This document shows positions 7,991 to 15,654 of a stretch of DNA of 64,000 nt, in pieces. How positions within the stretch are numbered: position 1 is the first letter of the stretch; the number at the start of each line of letters is the position of its first letter. The stretch comes from a virus. The stretch covers positions 1 through 64,000 of IMG/VR virus record IMGVR_UViG_3300035158_000183. One strand, given 5' to 3'. Under the pieces are notes generated by a model, which made no database searches, was not told where the DNA came from, and worked only from the letters and a program-made list of their open reading frames with translations. The position numbers and the translations under genes were made by a program.

Positions 7991-9388
7991 ATGCCAGATA
8001 TAGAGAAAAATCTGACCGAGTTGGGCAAGAAGGTACCACACCAGCTCAAGGATATAGCCGACCACCTACACAATGAGGGCGGCGAGGCCTATCTTGTAGG
8101 CGGCGCTGTAGTAGACCATCTCCTTGGGCACGAGATCAAGGACTGGGACATAGAGGTATTCGGCCTTAGCTATGAAAACCTGCTAGATATTTTGTCCCAA
8201 TACGGCCACACAGACCTGATTGGTAGTAAGTTCGGTGTGGTTAAACTGGTCGCTGACCTGCTAGACATGGAGTTCACAGTACCCAGGCTAGAGAACAGCA
8301 CTGGCCCTAAGCATCAGGACTTCGATATTCAGCTCATCCCCAGCATATCTGTGGAGCAGGCTGGGCATCGCCGAGACTTCACCATCAACTCCATCTACTA
8401 TGATATCAAGCACGACCTGGTAGTAGATCCCTTTGCGGGAATAGCGGCACTGAAAGCCGGTCTGATCTGTCATATAGATGATGAGACCTTCCCGCAGGAT
8501 CCCTTGAGGGCCTACAGGGCTATACAGTTGTGTGCCCGGAAGGGCAAGACTATCTGTCCTCATACACAGGGCCTGATACGGAGTATGCTGGAAGAGTGCG
8601 CGGCGATTCCGGGAGAAGCTATCTATGGTGAGCTTACCAAATGCTTGATGAAAGCCGAGAAACCCTCGGTCGGATTACAGTTCCTTAAAGGTACACAATT
8701 GATCTACAACCACCCTGAGCTAGCTATTCTGATAGGTGCCAGGCATAGGCCTGACTACCATCCTGAGGGAGATGTCTGGAACCACACCTTGATGGTAATA
8801 GACGAGGCAGCCAGATACCGGGACGAGCTGCCGGAGGAATGGAGGTTAGGGTTCATGTGGGGGATGCTCCTACATGATGTAGGGAAGCCTGCTACATACG
8901 ACCCGGAAACTGGCAGCACTCTGCAGCATGACAAGAAGGGTGAGGCTCCAGCCAGAGCTTGCCTCGGCCAGCTTACACAAGATAAGGATCTTACTGATAA
9001 AGCAGTCTCTATTGTCAGGAGTCACATGCGAGCCCGCTTACTCCTGAAAGCATCACCCCGTAAGGCCGCCTGGAGGCGGCTCCAGAACATCTGTCCTCTG
9101 AATATATTGGCCTATGTGTCCATGTGTGATGAAGATGGCAGGGGTGACCCAAACCAGAGGCTTGGCAAGGATGACCCGGTCTTTAAGAGGTGTACGGAGA
9201 TATATAAGGAGCTTGGCGCCCCAGAGCGGGAGATAAAACCCATCCTTATGGGCCGTCACCTCATAGCTGTCGGACACAAGCCCGGAGTACAGTTTGGGGT
9301 TATGTTAAAGAAAGCTTATGAGTACCAACTTGACGAGGGCTGTGAAGATGTAGATACTCTACTAGAGGTAGCCACTAAGCCGGTGTAG
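7991..9388 (+). CDS. cca: CCA-adding tRNA nucleotidyltransferase with HD domain
   Basis: YLVGGAVVD..KDWDIE, RRDFTINS, DPLRAYR, HPEGDVWNHT..LLHDVGK; start placed after tRNA-Gly (GAGGAG SD). Confidence 0.92.
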   Translation: MPDIEKNLTELGKKVPHQLKDIADHLHNEGGEAYLVGGAVVDHLLGHEIKDWDIEVFGLSYENLLDILSQYGHTDLIGSKFGVVKLVADLLDMEFTVPRLENSTGPKHQDFDIQLIPSISVEQAGHRRDFTINSIYYDIKHDLVVDPFAGIAALKAGLICHIDDETFPQDPLRAYRAIQLCARKGKTICPHTQGLIRSMLEECAAIPGEAIYGELTKCLMKAEKPSVGLQFLKGTQLIYNHPELAILIGARHRPDYHPEGDVWNHTLMVIDEAARYRDELPEEWRLGFMWGMLLHDVGKPATYDPETGSTLQHDKKGEAPARACLGQLTQDKDLTDKAVSIVRSHMRARLLLKASPRKAAWRRLQNICPLNILAYVSMCDEDGRGDPNQRLGKDDPVFKRCTEIYKELGAPEREIKPILMGRHLIAVGHKPGVQFGVMLKKAYEYQLDEGCEDVDTLLEVATKPV

Positions 9389-9451
9389 CTCAATTGGCAG
9401 AGCACCTGATTTGTACCCAGGGGGTTGCAGGTTCAATTCCTGTCGCCGGCC
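9379..9451 (+). tRNA. tRNA-Thr(TGT)
   Basis: GCCGGTG/CGCCGGC; loop TTTGTAC; GCAGG-TTCAATT-CCTGT; overlaps the last 10 nt of cca. Confidence 0.88.
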
Positions 9452-9464
9452 TAAGGAGAAGAAG

Positions 9465-9731
9465 ATGAAAGCATTACCGTTACTGGCTGTTATAACTATA
9501 GCAGGATGTGGCCTAATGGTGGGGAACGACGAGCCGGTTCAGACCCTGCAAGAGGCAGGCTACTCCAACATCAATTGCTATGACTCTCACTGGATCTTCC
9601 CTACCTTCTACGGGTGTGGTGAGCGTGATCACATAGCCTTCGAGTGCACAGCTACCAACCCAGCTGGGGGACATGTAGATGTCACTGTCTGTTCTAGTGC
9701 CACCTTCAAAGGATCGACCATAAGGCACTAG
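9465..9731 (+). CDS. Putative small lipoprotein
   Basis: MKALPLLAVITIAGC lipobox-like signal; AAGGAG SD. Confidence 0.65.
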   Translation: MKALPLLAVITIAGCGLMVGNDEPVQTLQEAGYSNINCYDSHWIFPTFYGCGERDHIAFECTATNPAGGHVDVTVCSSATFKGSTIRH

Positions 9732-9732
9732 C

Positions 9733-9987
9733 ATGCCCCGGCAGAAGACTAAGAAGAAATCCACCCCTAAGAAGGATACTCCCTACAAACAGTGCCAGGT
9801 ATCCCTAGAGGACGTTAAGCATATTGCCTGGATACCCACCAAGTTTGCTAAGGTTGGGAAGGTACTCAGGATTGCAGGCACTGATGGTTATATTGTTGAG
9901 GAAGTGTACGATATTACAAAGACCTGGGAAGAGGTTGAGAAGATGGGGTTCTACCACCTAGTACACCGAGAGGCAACTGACATATGA
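9733..9987 (+). CDS. Hypothetical protein
   Basis: ORF tightly packed between neighbours. Confidence 0.6.
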   Translation: MPRQKTKKKSTPKKDTPYKQCQVSLEDVKHIAWIPTKFAKVGKVLRIAGTDGYIVEEVYDITKTWEEVEKMGFYHLVHREATDI

Positions 9988-10259
9988 AGCACAGTGAGGA
10001 ATTTTCCAAGGAATTCAGGGCACTTATGGCCACCTGTGAGGAGGCTATCAGCAATGTACTGCTGAGCGAGAGCCGAATATCTAAGCACCAGCCCTGGACA
10101 TGGCAGGATGAGCCCAAGATCGGTCACCTTCTGAAGGCCGCCAGACACATCATGACCCATGTCCTTATCACCAATGGACAACAGGAACCTACAGGAGATA
10201 ACCATTTAGATAATGCTATGTGCCGTCTTGTGATGGCCATGACCAGAAAAGGTAGTTGA
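9984..10259 (+). CDS. dATP/dGTP diphosphohydrolase (DUF5664)-like small protein
   Basis: KHQPWTWQ...KAARHI...EPTGDNHLDNAMCRL follows the NW...A.RH...SG..HL.HA pattern. Confidence 0.45.
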   Translation: MKHSEEFSKEFRALMATCEEAISNVLLSESRISKHQPWTWQDEPKIGHLLKAARHIMTHVLITNGQQEPTGDNHLDNAMCRLVMAMTRKGS

Positions 10260-10283
10260 CACACCGCCAAAGCATGTTATTAT
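10256..10283 (+). promoter_or_regulatory. Sigma70-like promoter
   Basis: TTGACA-16 nt-TATTAT with extended -10 TG. Confidence 0.6.
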
Positions 10284-10404
10284 AGTGTGAGAGGTGAATG
10301 AAATGTCTATCTATACAGAATATAGAGTAAGCACAGTCCAAGACATTCCTACCAGTCTGCACACCTCATACCATAATAATTAGTACTGACTGTAGATATA
10401 CTAC

Positions 10405-10476
10405 GGGTCAGTAGCTTAGCGGTCGAGCGCGACGCCGTTAACGTCGGAGGTGTAGGTTCGAATCCTACCTGGCCCG
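10405..10476 (+). tRNA. tRNA-Asn(GTT)
   Basis: GGGTCAG/CTGGCCC, G73; CGACG-CCGTTAA-CGTCG (C at position 33); GTAGG-TTCGAAT-CCTAC. Confidence 0.87.
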
Positions 10477-10489
10477 TCAAGGAGAGAAT

Positions 10490-11080
10490 ATGGGAGTGCC
10501 ACCAGAGAAACCACCGAAGAAATCCTGGAAAGACATGAAACTGCCTGCGGTGACCTGGGAAGAGGTTGAGAAGGCACAAGGCATTTCTTCCTACGCCGCT
10601 GGTGTGACAGGCCCGACAGGCCCGACAGGCCCTATGGAACCAACAGGTGTTACCACTCCCACAGGTCCAGTTGACACCCTATCTAAGGGTATACCAACGG
10701 GCCAGTTATTCTGGTGTCAAGACTGTGAGATGTGGCAGAGGCTGGATCACTCGGGCCCGGTTGGCACCATAGACCTCTGCCCAGGGTGCCATGGAAGCAA
10801 CACTCTTAGGATAGATAAGCTAGCTATCCAAGAGATAAAGAAGATACAGCAGGTCCTCGAGGAGCATTTTGTGACAAAGCCCTTGGAACCTAAGCCATCC
10901 ACCCCATTTGAACGGACGTGGATCGCTGTAGGAGCTGCTGCAATATTAGCACTCTTCCTTCTCATCTATGGCAGCTCCTGGATAGTAGATAATATTAGCA
11001 AAACTGGGGAGCCTGCCCTAGAGGCAGCCGAGCAGGATGAGTTCAGAGATCTAGAGAATACTTGGAGTGAGGAAGAATAA
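10490..11080 (+). CDS. Membrane-anchored hypothetical protein (GPT repeats, Zn-ribbon, TM)
   Basis: TGPTGPTGP, CQDC..CPGC, hydrophobic WIAVGAAAILALFLLIY. Confidence 0.65.
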   Translation: MGVPPEKPPKKSWKDMKLPAVTWEEVEKAQGISSYAAGVTGPTGPTGPMEPTGVTTPTGPVDTLSKGIPTGQLFWCQDCEMWQRLDHSGPVGTIDLCPGCHGSNTLRIDKLAIQEIKKIQQVLEEHFVTKPLEPKPSTPFERTWIAVGAAAILALFLLIYGSSWIVDNISKTGEPALEAAEQDEFRDLENTWSEEE

Positions 11081-11083
11081 TAT

Positions 11084-11157
11084 GCTGGGGTTAGCCGAGT
11101 GGTTTCAGGCGCAGCGTTGTGGCCGCTGTAACACGGGTTCGAACCCCGTACCTCAGC
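11084..11157 (+). tRNA. tRNA-His(GTG) with encoded G-1
   Basis: 8-bp acceptor GCTGGGGT/ACCTCAGC; CAGCG-TTGTGGC-CGCTG; ACGGG-TTCGAAC-CCCGT. Confidence 0.92.
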
Positions 11158-11412
11158 CTAATATACCTCTAGGGGAGGACCTGGCACAGTCGGGCCGGTT
11201 ATATCTGCCTCAACATCTAGTTCAGGCTGATAAAACTCAATAGTTGCAGTCACTTGCGGAAAACCATTGCCTAGATATATGCTAAGGGCCTTAATCTTAC
11301 CAAGCGGAGCACCGGCACAATCAAGGATCTTGGTACCATCCTTAGTGCCATCTGATATAACTTTAACTCTACCGGGTTGCATACACCATTGTATCATATT
11401 TTCTTGTTGCAT
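11158..11412 (-). CDS. Hypothetical protein, paralog of 53015..53461
   Basis: VKVISDGTKDGTKILDCAGAPL..EFYQPELDVE versus IKIKSDGTPQGTYITTTDGAPI..ECFLPELEME. Confidence 0.6.
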   Translation of the reverse strand: MQQENMIQWCMQPGRVKVISDGTKDGTKILDCAGAPLGKIKALSIYLGNGFPQVTATIEFYQPELDVEADITGPTVPGPPLEVY

Positions 11413-11458
11413 TATGTGGTCGGTGGTGTAAAGTAGTAGTTTGAAAGGAGACTACAAT

Positions 11459-12172
11459 ATGCCAGCTAAAAAGAAAACTACCAAGCAGAAGACCGAACTG
11501 GTCTGCATCCTTGATAGGAGCGGGTCCATGGGGTCCATGGCCGAGGAGGCCATTGGCGGCTTCAACAACTTCCTGGAAGAGCAGCAGAAGCTCCCAGGCA
11601 TTGCCAAGCTAACCCTATGCCTCTTTGACAACACCTACCAGCTACCCTACAGTGGTAAGGACGTCAAGAAGGTACAGCCCCTGAACAAGGACACCTACCG
11701 TCCCGGTGGTACCACAGCCCTCCTGGACGCCATTGGCAGGACAGTCAGGGACGTACAGACCAGGCTTGACAAGACCCCGAAGAACCGCAAGCCGGACAAA
11801 GTCATCATGGCCATCCTTACTGACGGTTATGAGAATGCATCCCAGGATTATACCTACGATAAGATCAGCGAGCTGCTCAGGAAACAGCGCGAGGATAATA
11901 ACTGGGAGATTATATACCTAGCAGCTAACCAGGAGTCCTTCGATGTAGGTCAGAGGATGGGTATCGCTGGCGTGGGCGCCTTGAATATAAACCTCGGTGG
12001 CGGTCCTAGGGGGATGAGCGTAGGCTATAACGCACTAACTTCCAGTGTCACCAGATCTAGGCATACCTGTGGGCAGGTCTATGCCAGCAACTGTAGCCTG
12101 GATGCTAGCGACGTAGCCAAGTGGGATACGGACGACGACCAGACAGATGACGGAGACGATATTGAAGAATAA
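11459..12172 (+). CDS. von Willebrand factor A domain protein
   Basis: MIDAS DRSGSM, GTTALLDAIG, ILTDGYENAS. Confidence 0.9.
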   Translation: MPAKKKTTKQKTELVCILDRSGSMGSMAEEAIGGFNNFLEEQQKLPGIAKLTLCLFDNTYQLPYSGKDVKKVQPLNKDTYRPGGTTALLDAIGRTVRDVQTRLDKTPKNRKPDKVIMAILTDGYENASQDYTYDKISELLRKQREDNNWEIIYLAANQESFDVGQRMGIAGVGALNINLGGGPRGMSVGYNALTSSVTRSRHTCGQVYASNCSLDASDVAKWDTDDDQTDDGDDIEE

Positions 12173-12449
12173 TTGGTCCCGGAAGCCGCCCACCCCGCCA
12201 GAGGTCCCGCCATCCGACTGGTATTGGTATTGGGAAGACGGCGAGCCGGAACCATGTATTGTTGAAGTGTGGCCCAAGCGATGGTTAAAGCACTATAAGG
12301 GTCAATGGCACCCTATGCTTATCCAAAGACCACCAGATACGGAGAAGGAAGATGCTACAGACAAGGATGCCAGGCTACAACAGCGAAGGCGAAAAGATAA
12401 GCGTACTGCTCCAAAAGATCCAGCTAAACCTGCTGAGGAAAGTGGATAA
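12147..12449 (+). CDS. Hypothetical protein
   Basis: Trp/Pro-rich ORF in gene run. Confidence 0.5.
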   Translation: MTETILKNNWSRKPPTPPEVPPSDWYWYWEDGEPEPCIVEVWPKRWLKHYKGQWHPMLIQRPPDTEKEDATDKDARLQQRRRKDKRTAPKDPAKPAEESG

Positions 12450-12583
12450 GCTCACCAATTTAGAGAATAGCCAGCAAGTCAAAATGTCCCACGTCGAGCA
12501 GATGGTAGACATGATACACAAGCTAGGCGAAATCAAACCAGCTGGCAAGTACGCAACTTAGACAACCTCCTACCCACGTATCT

Positions 12584-12907
12584 ATGGAGCCTAACATGAG
12601 CTGTCGCAAGATTAAAGACCCTACTAAAGTGAAGAAGACCAAGCTGCCGGAGATCGGGATGAAGGAGGCCCTGTACTCCCATCTGTTTACCACCAGGCAG
12701 CAGAGGGAACACGAGGAGGAAGAGGCTGTCGCCAAGCTTATCCAGGATGGACAGCTGGACCTCCTGAAGGTCAAGGATTACGACTACATGAGTAAGATAG
12801 CCAAGGGCTTGGACTGGAGTATAGGCCGGCTCTTGAAGACAGTAAACAGGATGACAATCATCCTGCCAGAACAGCACACAGAAGGAGAGGAAGATGCAAA
12901 AGGTTAG
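12584..12907 (+). CDS. Hypothetical protein
   Basis: ORF in gene run. Confidence 0.55.
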   Translation: MEPNMSCRKIKDPTKVKKTKLPEIGMKEALYSHLFTTRQQREHEEEEAVAKLIQDGQLDLLKVKDYDYMSKIAKGLDWSIGRLLKTVNRMTIILPEQHTEGEEDAKG

Positions 12908-13265
12908 AGACATGTTCGGCAATTACATTGCCAAGGGTAACTACATTAGCTACCCATGCCGTAAGGGTAGCTCCACTTACATGCGGACAGCCAAGGTCAT
13001 TAACATCAGGGAGAGGAACCTAGATGGTGACAACCCTGAGACAGTCCTGGATGTAGCAGTAGCCATAGCTCCCAGGGACCATGAGCGGAAAGCCAACCCC
13101 AACTGGAAGACCAGGATCCGCAGGACTTGTGTAAGCCGTCACTACAGATCTTCCATTGTGCCTCAGTCCTACATCCAGCACGACAGACGATACAGCTGCC
13201 TGCTGGACTACGAGCCCCCACAGAGGAAGAAGAGCAAGAACGAAAAGCGTTCAGGCAAGTCCTAA
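12894..13265 (+). CDS. Hypothetical protein
   Basis: GGAGAGG SD; overlaps the upstream stop. Confidence 0.65.
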   Translation: MQKVRDMFGNYIAKGNYISYPCRKGSSTYMRTAKVINIRERNLDGDNPETVLDVAVAIAPRDHERKANPNWKTRIRRTCVSRHYRSSIVPQSYIQHDRRYSCLLDYEPPQRKKSKNEKRSGKS

Positions 13266-13403
13266 CATGAAAATATTAGAACCGTGTGCACTCACAATAG
13301 TTTTCCATGCTCCCGAAGGCTATAGCTCTATAGAGCATTGGCTGGAGAGGGTCAACGAGCGCATACCCTCCATGTATGAAGACCTAGCCGAGGAGTTCCT
13401 AAC

Positions 13404-13493
13404 ATGATATACCTAATGGCTGGTATTGTGCTGGCAATGTGTGTATTCCTGGTCTATAAGGCCGTCACCACTAAGCCTAAGCGCAAGAAGTAG
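13404..13493 (+). CDS. Small single-TM peptide (29 aa)
   Basis: MIYLMAGIVLAMCVFLVYKAVTTKPKRKK; AGGAG SD; its TAG ends on tRNA G1. Confidence 0.45.
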   Translation: MIYLMAGIVLAMCVFLVYKAVTTKPKRKK

Positions 13494-13577
13494 GAGGGTT
13501 GGCGGAACGGCAACGCGCCCGGCTCGAACCCGGTGGCCTGGGTAACACCAGTAGGAGTTCGAATCTTCTACCCTCCG
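13493..13577 (+). tRNA. tRNA-Ser(CGA)
   Basis: GGAGGGT/ACCCTCC, G73; loop CTCGAAC; variable arm GGCCTGGGTAACACCAG shared with Ser(GCT). Confidence 0.88.
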
Positions 13578-13588
13578 CAGGAGACCAA

Positions 13589-14200
13589 ATGGCTAAACTA
13601 TATTTTAGATACGGCACTATGAATAGTGGCAAGACACTAAATCTGCTAGCTGTCGCACATAACTATGAGAACAGGCAGACCGAGCTACCAATTAAGAAGA
13701 AGGTGGTGATTGCCAAGCCTGCTGTGGATACTAGATTTGGGAGAGAGCTAGTCCACAGTCGGGCTGGCATTGATAGGGATGCCGATATCCTTCTCCGAGA
13801 TGAGACTAGCATCTACACCATGGTTAATGAGCCACAACAGTATGCCTGTATCCTAGTGGATGAGGCACAGTTTCTAACAGCTGCCATGGTAGACAGCCTT
13901 CGCAAGATCAGCATCAATTTTGACATTCCTGTAATATGTTATGGTTTACGGGCTGATTTCAAGTCACAGCTATTTGAAGGCTCCAAGAGATTGCTCGAGG
14001 TCGCCGACACCATTGAAGAAATCAAGACTGTCTGCACATTCTGTGACCAGAAAGCTACCATGAACATGAAGTACCAGGACGGCAGGGCCGTCGACACGGG
14101 ACCTTCAGTAGAGCTGGGAGCAGAAGAGAAGTACATGCCAGCATGCTGGAACTGCTATAGTACAGCCATTTCATCCAGAGGCATGCCATGGCAACCGTAG
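13589..14200 (+). CDS. tdk: Thymidine kinase
   Basis: YFRYGTMNSGKT, VDEAQFL, YGLRADF, Zn-binding CTFC/CWNC. Confidence 0.95.
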   Translation: MAKLYFRYGTMNSGKTLNLLAVAHNYENRQTELPIKKKVVIAKPAVDTRFGRELVHSRAGIDRDADILLRDETSIYTMVNEPQQYACILVDEAQFLTAAMVDSLRKISINFDIPVICYGLRADFKSQLFEGSKRLLEVADTIEEIKTVCTFCDQKATMNMKYQDGRAVDTGPSVELGAEEKYMPACWNCYSTAISSRGMPWQP

Positions 14201-14252
14201 TAGTTACTTGCCTTATAATGCTCCTCTGGTTATGGATAATTAGTGACCACTA

Positions 14253-14336
14253 GGAGGGTTGCGGGAGCAGTAACCGGCTTGCTTGGAAAGCAAAGGCCTC
14301 GGGAACGGGACGTGGGTGCAAATCCTACACCCTCCG
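14253..14336 (+). tRNA. tRNA-Ser(GGA)
   Basis: GGAGGGT/ACCCTCC, G73; TTGC-TTGGAAA-GCAA; long variable arm; atypical T loop TGCAAAT. Confidence 0.8.
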
Positions 14337-14371
14337 ATTAGAAAGAATATGTACTGACAAGGAGAAGAAAG

Positions 14372-15334
14372 ATGCCAGCAGAGATCGAAAGCATAATGTA
14401 CGTGGGGGAGACACCGTGGCATGGCTCCGGCGTGTATGTCGGCGATGAGGACGTAGACTCCAAAACTGCCATCATCAACGCCGGACTGGACTGGAAGGTC
14501 AACAAACAGCCCGTATACGCACCCATTGACGGCGTGAATATGGTTGAGATTCCAGCATATAAGGCTACCGTAAGACAGGATGACGGGAAAATCCTGGGCA
14601 TTGTGGGTAGCCGCTACCAGCCTATCCAGAACGTCGAGGCCTTCGAGTTCATGGACTCTCTAGTAGATGAGGGCCTGATGAAGTACCACACAGCTGGTTC
14701 CCTGCGAGAAGGCAAGAGGATATGGCTCCTTGGCAAAATTGGCGACTCTGAGGTAGTACCGAAGGACAAGGTTGACCATTACCTCCTATTGCATAACAGC
14801 CATGATGGCCGCACAGCCCTTAGGGTACTGTTCACAGCTGTCCGGGTAGTATGTGCCAACACCATCCAGATTGCCCTGCAACGGGGTAAGCATGAAGGTA
14901 TTTATGTCCGGCACACCGTAAACTTGCAGGAAAGGTTGCACCAGGCCAAGGAAATCCTTGGGCTCGCCAAGCGGCAGTTCAACAACTTCACACAGTTTGC
15001 TCAGGCTGCTCAACAGGTCCAGATAGACCACAACCTATGGAATGAAATCACCAAGCAGCTATTCCCCGATCCGCCAGCTCCAGCCAAACCAGGCAGAGCC
15101 AAGAAGGCTCGCTCTGACCTGACCCTCCTGTTCGAAGACGGGATTGGCCAAGACATCCCAGGGGTAAGCGGCACTGGCTGGGCAGCATTTAATGCTGTTA
15201 CAGAGTATGCTAACTTCCACAGGGTAGCTCGCGGCGCACAGAAGCAGGAACGCAGGTTCGAGTCATCTCTATTCGGCGCCTCCGCCAAGCTTATCAACAA
15301 AGCGCAGAACATTATCACCGAGATAGCAGCATGA
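14372..15334 (+). CDS. DUF932 family phage/plasmid protein
   Basis: TPWHGSG, AGLDWKV, YQPIQN.EAFEF, NSHDG, RVVCANT, TGWAAFNAVTEY. Confidence 0.88.
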   Translation: MPAEIESIMYVGETPWHGSGVYVGDEDVDSKTAIINAGLDWKVNKQPVYAPIDGVNMVEIPAYKATVRQDDGKILGIVGSRYQPIQNVEAFEFMDSLVDEGLMKYHTAGSLREGKRIWLLGKIGDSEVVPKDKVDHYLLLHNSHDGRTALRVLFTAVRVVCANTIQIALQRGKHEGIYVRHTVNLQERLHQAKEILGLAKRQFNNFTQFAQAAQQVQIDHNLWNEITKQLFPDPPAPAKPGRAKKARSDLTLLFEDGIGQDIPGVSGTGWAAFNAVTEYANFHRVARGAQKQERRFESSLFGASAKLINKAQNIITEIAA

Positions 15335-15654
15335 GCAGGTACTATAGATGGAGCATCACGATATCTGGTGATATTACCAAGGATGCCCAAGCTGCGGTTG
15401 AGACAGTTCTACTTGACTACTTCGAGGACTGGACATCCTACAAGCGGAAAGATGGCACAATCAGGATGGCAGCAGAAGGAGAGTGGAACATCGGTGGCGG
15501 TATGCCTGAGGTAGCCATGGTTCGTGAACTCCGCGAGCATATATGGGAAGCCACCGAAAAATACGTCGAGGTAGGTGTTGGGTGGAAATACCTTGAAGAC
15601 TATGACGGCTGGATGGATAGCAATGAAGAGGACTACGAGGAATGGGTCAAGTAG
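15331..15654 (+). CDS. Hypothetical protein
   Basis: ATGA-coupled ORF. Confidence 0.6.
   Translation: MSRYYRWSITISGDITKDAQAAVETVLLDYFEDWTSYKRKDGTIRMAAEGEWNIGGGMPEVAMVRELREHIWEATEKYVEVGVGWKYLEDYDGWMDSNEEDYEEWVK

Noticed and set aside
10606-10670. GPT repeats as a collagen-like fibre
   Set aside because: Only a few triplets; too short for a triple helix
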